Made by a program: the position numbers and the translations under genes. The notes beneath the pieces are model-generated. The model had not been told where the DNA came from. It saw only the letters and a program-made list of their open reading frames with translations, and ran no database searches. 53,964 bases of DNA from Octopus bimaculoides (taxonomy: Eukaryota): positions 45,670,547 through 45,724,510 of the forward strand of contig NC_068984.1 of NCBI RefSeq assembly GCF_001194135.2, written 5' to 3'. Positions 24,991-37,059 of the stretch are shown piece after piece; the first letter of the stretch is position 1; each line of letters starts with the position of its first letter.

Positions 24991-26056
24991 TGTACGATTC
25001 AGATGTTCGTTTCGCAATCACATGGTTTCTTGGACAAGTATGTTTTGCTGTAGTCTCGGGTTAACCATTAAAAGGTATATTGGGAAAAGTCCGTTGCATG
25101 TTAAAAGATATGCGTGCAAGCGTATATTTTTGATCATCAGGCCCAAACATACGCAGGCACATATGAAGGCCAGAACACACACACACACACACACACTGGA
25201 ACACATATACACACGCATGTGGCGAGCGCACACACCAACGCACCCACGTATATATGAATGCATGCACGTGTGTGTAAACAATGGCGAGTAAATTAAAGAA
25301 AAAAAATCAAAACAGTTTCATTCGAACGAAGTCCGCTGTGATTTATATTCTACATTAATTTACAAGACGCTCTCATGTCACTCGTCGTCTGAAATGCGAT
25401 GAAGCAAGCAATGTTTCCTACACTGACAATGGTCAACCTACTACGATATAAATAAATTAATTGAATAAACTCTTCTGATTGCATCTATACTGGATTGATA
25501 GGCTTAATCCATCGTCCTGTTTAAAACTATCACTTGGAACATATCTACCCTTAGTCGAATGTACTCTGTTGGAAATATTCGGACAAGGTCTCCCGTTTTA
25601 AGATTTATTAAAGCTCTAGATGGACAACGTCCTAGTGTAGCAGCTTGTGAGTGGTAGTTTCTGTTATCCTTCTTCCCATCAATGTAGAAACCATCTAGAA
25701 GTGGTAGTCCCTACTTTTCGTTTGACTACGCTATATAATGACTAATTATGAAATATATAGAATATATATGGGTAGCGCGCGAAGTAGAGATTAGCAAAAA
25801 AAAAAAAAAAAAAAAATCTGCTGATTGCACACTTCGGCTGCCAGGTTGAAACAAAATATATAGAGAGTGCGCAAACAAACTTTAGATCAGTGCACGCGTC
25901 ACTCATTTGTATTGTACGGCTGAAGAGCGTAGTAGGTAGATAATTTTTACTGATCCCTTATAAGGAAAATGAGTCTTCCAGTCAGTTTAGAGTTGCCCCG
26001 TTTAGTATCTGGTAATAAAAAGGCCCCAGAAAGTTCGAAACATATCTCGCAGTCCA

Positions 26057-26083
26057 TAGAGGGCGCTCTGAACTGACGTCAGT
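26057..26083. promoter_or_regulatory. CRE palindrome with adjacent partial CTCF-like motif
   Basis: ACTGACGTCAGT 26072-26083; AGAGGGCGC matches only the 3' part of the CTCF consensus. Confidence 0.3.
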
Positions 26084-26559
26084 GAGTTTATACCTTTTAC
26101 CTAAAGCGTAAATTTTTCTCCTTGGCAAACCGCAGTGAAGATGCGTTTTTGAAGTTCACATACGTATGTCCTAAACATATGTGGCCTGATCTAAAATTTG
26201 TTTATATGATATATAAGGATCAATTATAAATCAAATAATGATGATTTATAAATATTCTTATTTCTATTTTCATGCATAAATTTATAGATCTTTATAACAT
26301 TGTTTCACTACATTCAAAATTTCGATTATGTCTACGACTTCCTTCCATACTTGAGGCTACTGAAGGTGCGCTACTTAAATTTGTTCCATTATTTTAATTA
26401 ATGTCACCGATTTCGTTCCATAGTTAAGGTGAAAATTTAATTGCCGAACATGTTTTAAGATTTCGATTACGTCTCTATTTTCGTTCCATAGTTGTGGTTG
26501 CTTGTCCGACAATCTAGCGATTCTGCAAATCTATTGCATTTATAATAATGTTTAATTTA

Positions 26560-26945
26560 AGTGCAAAGCCAACAGTCTTTAGGGGTAGAGGTTAGTCGAT
26601 TTAATCGATCCCAGTACTTGACTAAAGCTTTATTTTATCGTTCCCTAAAGGTTGAAAGGCAATATTGACCTCGTTGAGATTTGAACTCAAAACGTTAGGA
26701 GCGGTAACTAGATTCTGCGAAGTAGTTTATTTGGTGTTCTGTTGTCACTCGATGTTCTATTGCCCCTTTTTTTGATGACGAACAATCATAATATAATTGA
26801 TTTTAACATAGACATAAGACCGGAAATTTGGAGAGAGAGTGTTAGTCGATTATATCGACCCCAGTACTTGATTGACACTTTATATTATCGATCAACGGAT
26901 GATGTAAGGAAAAATCGATCTCGGCGAGTTAAACTCAGATCGTAT
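26560..26945 (-). mobile_element. Two tandem decayed SINE A copies (about 26560-26720 and 26800-26945)
   Basis: gttagtcgatt...cgaccccagtact and gatttgaactcaaaacg family A motifs. Confidence 0.7.
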
Positions 26946-28065
26946 GGGGCCACAAACAAATACCAGCCCTCTTCTAAAATTAACTGATTAAATACTTAAT
27001 TTGTTATTCAATTAAATAATGTAAAATTATATCAGAGCTATAATTTTCAAGAGAAATATAGTGAAATTAACAAAAAGAAAGGAAGCGTAAGAAGAGAGAT
27101 AGAAATAATTAGATAGATAAATAGTCAAATAGATAGGTAGGTAGAGAGCGAGTGAGAGTGAGATATTTCAAATCAAGATGTCTAGTTGTAAATCCCTCAA
27201 AATCCGCTTTAATGCAACTAAAGTCTGGTAGTCTTGTTCAGCTGAAGATGTTCAGAAACTTTACTCGTGAAGTTAGAATTTTGGGACTTTTCTCACCAGC
27301 TCTGCTTACAGCAATATTGATGTAAAGGTGGGTGGGTGGGGATTAATATTGATGGAATAGAGTCTCCTGTTCAGAATGTGACACTGCTACCGATGAAGTA
27401 GACAGGTACAACGGCCACCTAATCATACCACCTCTCCAACGAGGATCCCATTGCCTGTTAGAAATAGCAGCTAAAAATAGCACACCCATCTGGCCTTTCA
27501 ACCACTGCAACGGGGGAACTTCGACAGAGGTCTCTGTACTTGATAAAATTACCAGTCAAAATCTCCTTCAAATCGTACCTCATTGGCAATTTCACTTCTT
27601 TAGCAATGGAACGTCTATGTGGTCTCTCTACATGATAACAATAGCAGCCAAATGTCCCTTAAATTACATAGAACTGACCATTGAAATTCTTCATAGAAGG
27701 AGCTTCTACATACTGTCATTATCTGCAAATAATAGCCACCAAACAACTCTCAAATCATACCCAGCTGACCTCTATTAATAATGGTGAAGTGAAATGGATT
27801 ACAATCCAATTCAGTTCGTGGTGAAGTCATTCACCCCGCCTAACCATAATTATCATAATTATCAACTTAATATCATATTTACCATAATCTTTAATTGCCA
27901 TCTTAATTATGTAGTTGTCATTATTTGTTACTTTTCATTTACTCCTTTCCCACACTCACTTCCATGCTCTCTTACCTGGATTCCCTCGCTTGCATCTTAC
28001 TCATCCTCCCTTCCCAATGCACTACTTCCACGTCATTATCTCAAAAGTCATCGCCATTATGTTTA

Positions 28066-28105
<40 letters not shown>

Positions 28106-29148
28106 GCCCCCCACCCTCTTAATCATTCGTGTTGTTATCTCTTTCATATGCATCATCACCCTCGTCATCATCAATATTATCAGTATACTTTTCGGGCTAC
28201 ACACACACACTCGCACTCCTATAGAAAGATACAAAAACATATATAAACNNNNNNNNNNNNNNNNNNNNNNNNNNNNNNNNNNNNNNNNNNNNNNNNNNNN
28301 NNNNNNNNNNNNNNNNNNNNNNNNNNNNNNNNNNNNNNNNNNNNNNNNNNNNNNNNNNNNNNNNNNNNNNNNNNNNNNNNNNNNNNNNNNNNNNNNNNNN
28401 NNNNNNNNNNNNNNNNNNNNNNNNNNNNNNNNNNNNNNNNNNNNNNNNNNNNNNNNNNNNNNNNNNNNNNNNNNNNNNNNNNNNNNNNNNNNNNNNNNNN
28501 NNNNNNNNNNNNNNNNNNNNNNNNNNNNNNNNNNNNNNNNNNNNNNNNNNNNNNNNNNNNNNNNNNNNNNNNNNNNNNNNNNNNNNNNNNNNNNNNNNNN
28601 NNNNNNNNNNNNNNNNNNNNNNNNNNNNNNNNNNNNNNNNNNNNNNNNNNNNNNNNNNNNNNNNNNNNNNNNNNNNNNNNNNNNNNNNNNNNNNNNNNNN
28701 NNNNNNNNNNNNNNNNNNNNNNNNNNNNNNNNNNNNNNNNNNNNNNNNNNNNNNNNNNNNNNNNNNNNNNNNNNNNNNNNNNNNNNNNNNNNNNNNNNNN
28801 NNNNNNNNNNNNNNNNNNNNNNNNNNNNNNNNNNNNNNNNNNNNNNNNNNNNNNNNNNNNNNNNNNNNNNNNNNNNNNNNNNNNNNNNNNNNNNNNNNNN
28901 NNNNNNNNNNNNNNNNNNNNNNNNNNNNNNNNNNNNNNNNNNNNNNNNNNNNNNNNNNNNNNNNNNNNNNNNNNNNNNNNNNNNNNNNNNNNNNNNNNNN
29001 NNNNNNNNNNNNNNNNNNNNNNNNNNNNNNNNNNNNNNNNNNNNNNNNNNNNNNNNNNNNNNNNNNNNNNNNNNNNNNNNNNNNNNNNNNNNNNNNNNNN
29101 NNNNNNNNNTATATATACATATACACTTTTTAATTAAAGCTGTAAAAC

Positions 29149-29203
29149 ATCACAAGAACTCTTACTCAGAGTTTCACGTTCCCGTTCGTCAGGCAGTTGT
29201 GAT
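29149..29203 (-). ncRNA. Type I hammerhead ribozyme motif, KCNQ-sense strand, core-proximal stem I mismatched
   Basis: Minus strand: atcacaactgc-CTGACGA-acg ggaa cgt-GAAAC-tc t ga-GTA-agagttcttgtgat. Confidence 0.65.
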
Positions 29204-29505
29204 AAAGAATGTAATAAAATTTTATTCCATTCTTGATCACTACTACCGGTATTCGAGTACTATTTTCCCTCCAACTTGTTTTGCATTTATGTGCCAACTC
29301 GTATGTGTGCAAAAAGGAAAGAATAGAGGATAGTGATGACCGAAACGCTTTTGATTGCAAGCCTCTTCTATTAGGTTCTGACCTAAGATTAAATAATAAA
29401 GATAATCAGCTAGTTAAACAACCAGCCTACCAACTAATCAAGTGATATAATAATAAACTAGCTAAGCGAGCAACCAGTCAATACATCTCTCTTTCTCTCT
29501 CTCAG

Positions 29506-29570
<65 letters not shown>

Positions 29571-29661
29571 GTGTGTGTGCGTGTGTGTGTGTATGGATGA
29601 GGGTGCTAACGTAAACTAGTCAATACCAGATCCATCTCTCTGTAGCTCTCTCAATATCATA

Positions 29662-29724
<63 letters not shown>

Positions 29725-30004
29725 GAGTGTGTTTGTGTGTATATATAGGTTTTTGTGCGCGTACAATGGAGGGTGCTAACGCAAAGAGAAATTAACGGGA
29801 CACATGTAACGAAATACCTTAATCTCTCCCTGAGCAGGAAGGAAGAAATCGGTCCGACAGGTTTGGCACTATTTCAAACCAATTCATCCCTTTTGTCTAT
29901 CCAGTGAAAGAGTTTTTAAATTCTCATTACTAAGAAGGATTTTATCAAACTGGAACTAGCTTCTATTTTACAGCGAATATTCTATATTGTAAATATATAT
30001 CATA

Positions 30005-30041
<37 letters not shown>

Positions 30042-30070
30042 AAAAAAATATTCAGCGCATCAATTCTAAT

Positions 30071-30590
30071 ATTACATGAGAAAATGCGAGCATGAAAAGT
30101 AATATTCTTAAGATTATAAATATGAAAAAGTACAGGACAAGTTATTACACATGTAAAAGTAAAGGACAAACTATTACTTCAAGTAAAGTAAAGAATACGA
30201 AACTATTTACTTAAAATATTGCAGCAAAGAATGCCACTTCTTCTAATTTATCACTCTTTATAATTCTCATCTTTTAAATTTATTGTACAAAACTATTCAG
30301 CTAATTTGTAAGTTTGTCTAATTAGTCACTTTTTCTGTATTCAACGTAGTAAATTAGCCAAATTCTACTTAAATAAGCATAGTGTTATTTGTAAACTATA
30401 ATAAAATAATTTTTAATATACAAATTTTAATTTTAGCTGAAATATTTTAAGTAAATAGTTTCGTATTCTTTACTTTACTTGAAGTAATAGTTTGTCCTAT
30501 ACTTTTACAGGTGTAATAACTTGTCATGTACTTTTCCAGGTTTATAATCTTAAGAATATTACTTTTCATGCTCGCATTCTTCCATGTAAT
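30071..30590. mobile_element. MITE/foldback element, 155-bp TIRs (30071-30225 / 30436-30590)
   Basis: Arms are close reverse complements (gcgagcatgaaaagtaatattcttaagattataaa...aagtaaagtaaagaatacgaaactatttacttaaaatatt); ends ATTACATG...CATGTAAT. Confidence 0.9.
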
Positions 30591-31369
30591 CCATGATTTT
30601 TCCAGGATAATTATGATGTGTCAATTAATAATTTAAGATTTTACCTTATAAAATTCTGAAAGATAATATTTCAATTTTTTTATGCTTAATTGAAATATAT
30701 GTTGTGATTGAATTATTTGATATTACCCATCAACACCAAATTGATGGCATTAAACGAAAAACAAATTTCCAATGATTCCGGGATTGGGGTGGGGGAAGCA
30801 CCACCTCATTTTTTGTGAACCAAAATAAAGGATTTGCAGCATATTAGGAAACCAGGGTACTTGATTCCACGCAAAAAATAAAATTTTTTTTCTTAGTGAA
30901 AATCGTGCGGGTGTTAATATAGAAATTGATCATAACGTTCTTATTTCGCCTCAAATCAACCCTGATACTGCAAACGTATTATCAAAAACATTCCAGCCTT
31001 CAGCAAACCATCTTGAGGGATAATGAGCGTGTGATTTAGGTAGGGGGATACTTTGGCTGCTATTTTTAGTGTGTCGAGTGACCAGATAGAGGCTCTTTCA
31101 TTGGTTCGATTGCGTGATGAGATTGTTTTGCACATATATGTAATATGTATATATATCATCGGTAGAAGTTAGAGAGTAAGTGAAAAGCTGAGAGTTTCGT
31201 GTATTGGCACTTATCAAACACGAATTTGTCTACTCTCTATAACTTCTGACGAAATAACTTCTAAAATGCAAAATTTTGTCCAAAGCGTTAAGACACATTC
31301 TACCAGTATCAGAAGTTTAAAAGTGTTCAGTTAAAAAAAACAAAAAACAAATTAATGAAATAATCTGCA

Positions 31370-31476
31370 CATCAAAGTCGACCTCGTCGAAATTTGAACT
31401 CAAAAAAATAAACACAGATGAAATAAAGTTATACATGTCTTTCGGCGCGCTAACGTTTCTGCCAACTCACCGCCTT
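31370..31476 (-). mobile_element. SINE A 5' half
   Basis: aaagtcgacctcg..aaatttgaactc...gctaacgtttctgccaactcaccgcc. Confidence 0.75.
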
Positions 31477-31627
31477 AGAAAATAAACATTAATTTTAGGA
31501 GTATATTCTTTATTCTTATATCTGAAGCGTTACTCCTTTTTTTAAAATTATTATGCGCCCTTTTGAGACCTAGCGCAGCTCATGAGTCCGGTTTCCGATT
31601 TCTATGGCGTACGTATTCCACCCAGCC

Positions 31628-31815
31628 GGAAGAAAGAGTGAGAGAAAGTTGAGGCGAAAGAGTACAACAGGGGTTGCCACCACCCACTGCCGGAGCCTCG
31701 TGTTGCTTTAGGTGTTTTCCCTCAATAAACACACACAACGCCCGGTCTGGGAATCGAAACCGCGATCCTCCGACTGCGAGTCCACTGCCCTATCCACTGG
31801 GCCATTACGCCTCCA
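31628..31815 (-). mobile_element. SINE C 5' half
   Basis: Reverse complement of the 11742 copy head (gggaatcgaaaccgcgat...ccactgggccattacgcc). Confidence 0.8.
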
Positions 31816-32237
31816 CTGCTACTGCTTTACTGACAGGAAATTTCGTTACATTTTACCTCATAACTCCTTTTCTACTAAATTTTTTTCAATGCGACTAGTG
31901 ATTCTGAATTCCTTATGCATTTTCCTATCATTTAAGCCTAAGAAAGGTTTGCTATTAATTTAAATTAAAAAGTTTACGTTAATTGAAGGTCAATAGGTGC
32001 CTTACGGTCTCCTTTAAAGTCGCAGATATTTTGATGTAACTTTTTTTCCTACTGAACCAAATCTCAAACTATTTATGCCAAAGTGTAGCTGAGGAGGCGT
32101 CCTTTTTAATACTGTTAATAGTTTGCAATTTAGTTGAGAACTGAATTAGTGGTGAAGCTTGGAAGCTGCTGCGATTGACGAAATGGTGGGCTTAAGAATA
32201 TATTCAACTACTACTGTGGTTGAATAATACATGCAAG

Positions 32238-32373
32238 CATGGCTGTGTGGTAAGAAGCTTCCCGGGTTCTGTCCCACTGCGTGACACCTTGTACGAGTGT
32301 CTTCTACTATAGACTCAGGCTGACCGAAACCTTGTAAGTGGACTTGGTATACGGAAACTGAAAGAAGCCTGTC

Positions 32374-32400
<27 letters not shown>
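32238..32400 (+). mobile_element. SINE B 5' half ending in (TA)n
   Basis: ggctgtgtggtaagaagctt...ccactgcgtgacacctt...ggaaactgaaagaagcctgtcgtatata. Confidence 0.8.
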
Positions 32401-32404
<4 letters not shown>

Positions 32405-32414
<10 letters not shown>

Positions 32415-32475
32415 AGGGCATTACTATACAATAATGCCTCACGCTATTACGTATAGTAAAGCCCTTATATAAATA
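32405..32475. repeat. 71-bp mini-foldback (25-bp TIRs, 21-bp spacer)
   Basis: tatttatataagggcattactatac / gtatagtaaagcccttatataaata (1 mismatch); related 40-mer in inverted orientation at about 22133-22172. Confidence 0.8.
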
Positions 32476-34284
32476 NNNNNNNNNNNNNNNNNNNNNNNNN
32501 NNNNNNNNNNNNNNNNNNNNNNNNNNNNNNNNNNNNNNNNNNNNNNNNNNNNNNNNNNNNNNNNNNNNNNNNNNNNNNNNNNNNNNNNNNNNNNNNNNNN
32601 NNNNNNNNNNNNNNNNNNNNNNNNNNNNNNNNNNNNNNNNNNNNNNNNNNNNNNNNNNNNNNNNNNNNNNNNNNNNNNNNNNNNNNNNNNNNNNNNNNNN
32701 NNNNNNNNNNNNNNNNNNNNNNNNNNNNNNNNNNNNNNNNNNNNNNNNNNNNNNNNNNNNNNNNNNNNNNNNNNNNNNNNNNNNNNNNNNNNNNNNNNNN
32801 NNNNNNNNNNNNNNNNNNNNNNNNNNNNNNNNNNNNNNNNNNNNNNNNNNNNNNNNNNNNNNNNNNNNNNNNNNNNNNNNNNNNNNNNNNNNNNNNNNNN
32901 NNNNNNNNNNNNNNNNNNNNNNNNNNNNNNNNNNNNNNNNNNNNNNNNNNNNNNNNNNNNNNNNNNNNNNNNNNNNNNNNNNNNNNNNNNNNNNNNNNNN
33001 NNNNNNNNNNNNNNNNNNNNNNNNNNNNNNNNNNNNNNNNNNNNNNNNNNNNNNNNNNNNNNNNNNNNNNNNNNNNNNNNNNNNNNNNNNNNNNNNNNNN
33101 NNNNNNNNNNNNNNNNNNNNNNNNNNNNNNNNNNNNNNNNNNNNNNNNNNNNNNNNNNNNNNNNNNNNNNNNNNNNNNNNNNNNNNNNNNNNNNNNNNNN
33201 NNNNNNNNNNNNNNNNNNNNNNNNNNNNNNNNNNNNNNNNNNNNNNNNNNNNNNNNNNNNNNNNNNNNNNNNNNNNNNNNNNNNNNNNNNNNNNNNNNNN
33301 NNNNNNNNNNNNNNNNNNNNNNNNNNNNNNNNNNNNNNNNNNNNNNNNNNNNNNNNNNNNNNNNNNNNNNNNNNNNNNNNNNNNNNNNNNNNNNNNNNNN
33401 NNNNNNNNNNNNNNTATATATATATATATATATATATGCATACATATGTGTGCGTGTGAGTGTCTGCGTGTACATCTTTGCTGAAGAAGATTTTGTGTTT
33501 AAAACATGAGGGTAAGCAGTTAGGCAACCAAACAGTAAACCTAGGAACTTCTGTGTGTGCACTCGACCCGCAAGAAATAACAATGAGTTCTTCAAAATTC
33601 AACTTGCTTTTTTGAAATAGGAACGACACCTGTAAAACATTGGATGATGCAGTTCATAATGTTCCTGAGAATCCTGGAACACCGTTGATAATATGGCTGA
33701 TTAGTCAGAGTTGACACGAGGTTAAAGAATCTGAATAATGCCAAAACCTAAGAATCGTGATTTTGAACAAGTTGGGTGCCGTTCTGCTTGCAGTGTAGTC
33801 TGAACTACTCATGCTCTCTTTCAATTACAATGTTTAAATATCTATGGATATTTTGAATTAATAATCCTCTAATAATACATTTGGAAATTCGTATAGAAAT
33901 TAGGATTCTTTTGTTGTCAGATCAAGATGTTCTTATAGAAAATTCTTTATGAGATATATTCTATGGTATGTTACTTCTAAATCTTATCTATTCGGCGATA
34001 ACGTTAGAGACATTTGCCTTTACAAAATAATTTTTATTAGAAAAATTACGGAATCATTCGTTGAACTATTAATAATCTTGCTGTGATTGTGCAGATTTTT
34101 CCTTTTTGCTAGCTTATGTTGTGGCTTATGACTTATGATTTGTGACTAATATTGGAATCTTGCATTGCTGAAATTTCCAGCAGTATACAATTATGGAATA
34201 TTAAAGGAATCATGATGCTCGCTAGAAATCGAAAACATTCATGGTTTACATACATATTACGAGTGATCTAGATTTTTAAATTTC

Positions 34285-34627
34285 AGAAGTGTTTGCTTCC
34301 CAACCACATGGTTCCGGGTTCAGTTCCACTGCGTAGAACCTTGGGCAAATGTCTTTTACTAAAGCCTCGGGTCAAAGTCTTGTGAGTGGAGCTGGTAGAC
34401 GGAAACTGAAAGAGGACCGTCGTATATATATAGATATTATATCTGTCTGTGTTTGTCCCCACCCAACACCACTTGACAACCGGTGTTGGTGTGTTTACGT
34501 CCCCGTAACTTAGCGGTTCACCAAAGAACCGATAGAATAAGTACCAGGCGTAAAAAAATAAATTCTGGCGTGAATTCATTCGACTAAAAATTCAAAGCGG
34601 TGCCCCAACATGGCCCCAATCTAACGA

Positions 34628-34706
<79 letters not shown>

Positions 34707-35050
34707 TCTTGTATCTTCTTCATTGAACTGCTACCATGCTGGAGAACCATCTTCAAGGCTTTTTAGCCGAACAAATCGACCCCAGGACTTATTTATTTGT
34801 TTTAACCCTGGTACTTTATTCTATCGAACCAAACCGCTAACTTACAGGTCCGCAAACAAACCAACACCGGTGGTCAAGCGGTGCTGGATGGATAAATACA
34901 CACACACACACGACAGGCTTTCATATTCCTTCTACCAAATCCACTGAAGTCTTTGGTTGATCTGGGCTTATGGTAGAAGACACTTGCTCAACGTGGCATG
35001 CAGTGCGACTGAACCTGGAACTCGGTGGTTGGGAAGAGAATTTCTTACCA
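34285..35050. mobile_element. Tail-to-tail inverted pair of SINE B copies (34285-34630 +, 34705-35050 -) separated by (TA)n
   Basis: Both match the 12207 copy in opposite orientations; about 70-bp TA spacer. Confidence 0.85.
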
Positions 35051-35067
35051 TACAGACACGTCTGCGA

Positions 35068-35129
<62 letters not shown>

Positions 35130-35579
35130 ATAAAACTAGGTTGTCTTGTATGTGTCTAATTGTGCATGGATACAAATCATAGCACATGTGGATCTGTATG
35201 TCTTGCTTCCGGTATATCTATATACAGGTATGTTTGTATGTCTTATATGTGCGTATATGTACATATTACAGGCCACATTTTTTCGAATTTGTAAAATATA
35301 TTTTTACAGTTACATTAATGGCATGTAACTATAGTTTAAGAACATAACTAATTACTCTTAAAATAAAAGGTTAAAAAGTAATAATCCAAGTATAATATCT
35401 GTAGATTTTTTCATTAGTTTTGCTTAGATGCTTGCTTTTTAATGTGCCGATTAACTAACCTCCTGTGCACCCATTTGTTTCTGACTCCGATTAAAGAGCC
35501 CAGTCTTGTTATGCTTACAATTTACACATATTTTGACAGGAACATTCTACTAGTATTCTTTCATATTATCATAGGTAAA

Positions 35580-36780
35580 TATGCTTTATGAATCACGTCT
35601 TATATTTTGATCACCAGAACTATCCTTCGCACAAACTGCCATGTATTGTGCTTTTGACGTTACATCACATTTCAGAAATGAATAGTTTCGTAATGACATT
35701 TGAGGGTAATTGCTTATACGAGTCACTCTTGCGTTTGTTTCATAAATCCTACAACTTTTGTCACGCCTAAATGTTTTAACTGCATTCCTATTCTTTTTCA
35801 TACATTAAATATTTCCTGCTTCTGGATTGCAATAGCGTATCTTTCAAAGTGACAGCTACATCCGTTCTTGCTCTAAGACAGATAACTCTGGTTCCCAATG
35901 TTATAATCACTATAAAGCTTTCTGACTATATAACTGCGCATGACTTTCCATAATAAGCAAAAGGTAATTTATCTGATGTTCTCTGAATGTGTATCTCTGT
36001 TCACCTGACAGAGAATGCTTTCGAAAGAGTTCCCTTCCAACTACAATGATTCTGTTTGCTGTTGCTTGAGTACTTGACCCATTGCTACTCTTCGTTGCTT
36101 GATGGTTGATAAATACTTTCGACAGGATATGGTGCATCATTTAAAAACGATTTTAATTGATGTTAAACTCGGGTATATATGTTTTCGTTTCATGTAAAGA
36201 ATGGATGTAGGAATTTATGATACCAGTAAATAGTATTTTGGTTTTAACATGAAAAGCCAGGATCTTATTTAGCATCCAATCAATCATTCCAAATTGAGCA
36301 ACTCTACAGCAAGCACACTCTAGGTTACTGATTTATTGCCCGAAGGAAGTTTCGGGGACCGTATATTTGTTATCCGAGTGTAATAATCTTTGGTAAGATA
36401 ACTCTTGTTAAGTGTGCCTCCATAGGGTATATTTTCATTCATCCATTGATACCCATAGCATTCCTCGTCTGTTACCGAGAAAATAGAACCAACATAAGGA
36501 TATTGTTAAACTGTTTCTGGAATCAGATTGGGACATTTGAGAATGACGTATCCAAGTGAAAGCTATTCTTCATACCATTCAAATTTTTGGTCTGCTCTTT
36601 CTGGTTGTTCACAAAGAAACTATTTATTAAGTTGGTGGTTCTATCTTCCTGTAATCCATTCACTTACCATTTAACTCAACTGATGCTGCTGTAGCCCCTT
36701 TTCCGTGTCTTTTTTTTTTCCCAATGTTGCTCTGGGTCAAGGATAGGAGGACCGAGATGGCATCTATGTCATCTCGCTAA
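35580..36780 (-). pseudogene. Decayed coding-like segment of unidentified (probably transposon) origin
   Basis: Non-repetitive sequence of balanced composition, with interrupted frames such as GYQWMNENIPYGG, LLHSDNKYT and FLNDAPYPVESIYQP; no motif set I can assign. Confidence 0.25.
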
Positions 36781-36947
36781 AACATAGTAACCTTATACAA
36801 TTCAGTGTCTGTATATCAGTATGTATATACGAATGAATGTATGTACTCACATATACACACACATATATATTTGTATGTATATAATAAGTATGCATACACA
36901 CTCACACGCCAAGAACATACACACATAGCTATTATTGGCAAATGATT

Positions 36948-37059
<112 letters not shown>

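Noticed and set aside
27235-27280. CTGAAGA-tgttca-GAAAC
   Set aside because: No viable stem II or stem I.
36668-36776. Minus-strand AG...GTAAGT-bounded 109-nt open segment (RDDIDAISVLLSLTQ...)
   Set aside because: No KCNQ similarity, weak pyrimidine tract, frameshifting length; probably part of the decayed block.
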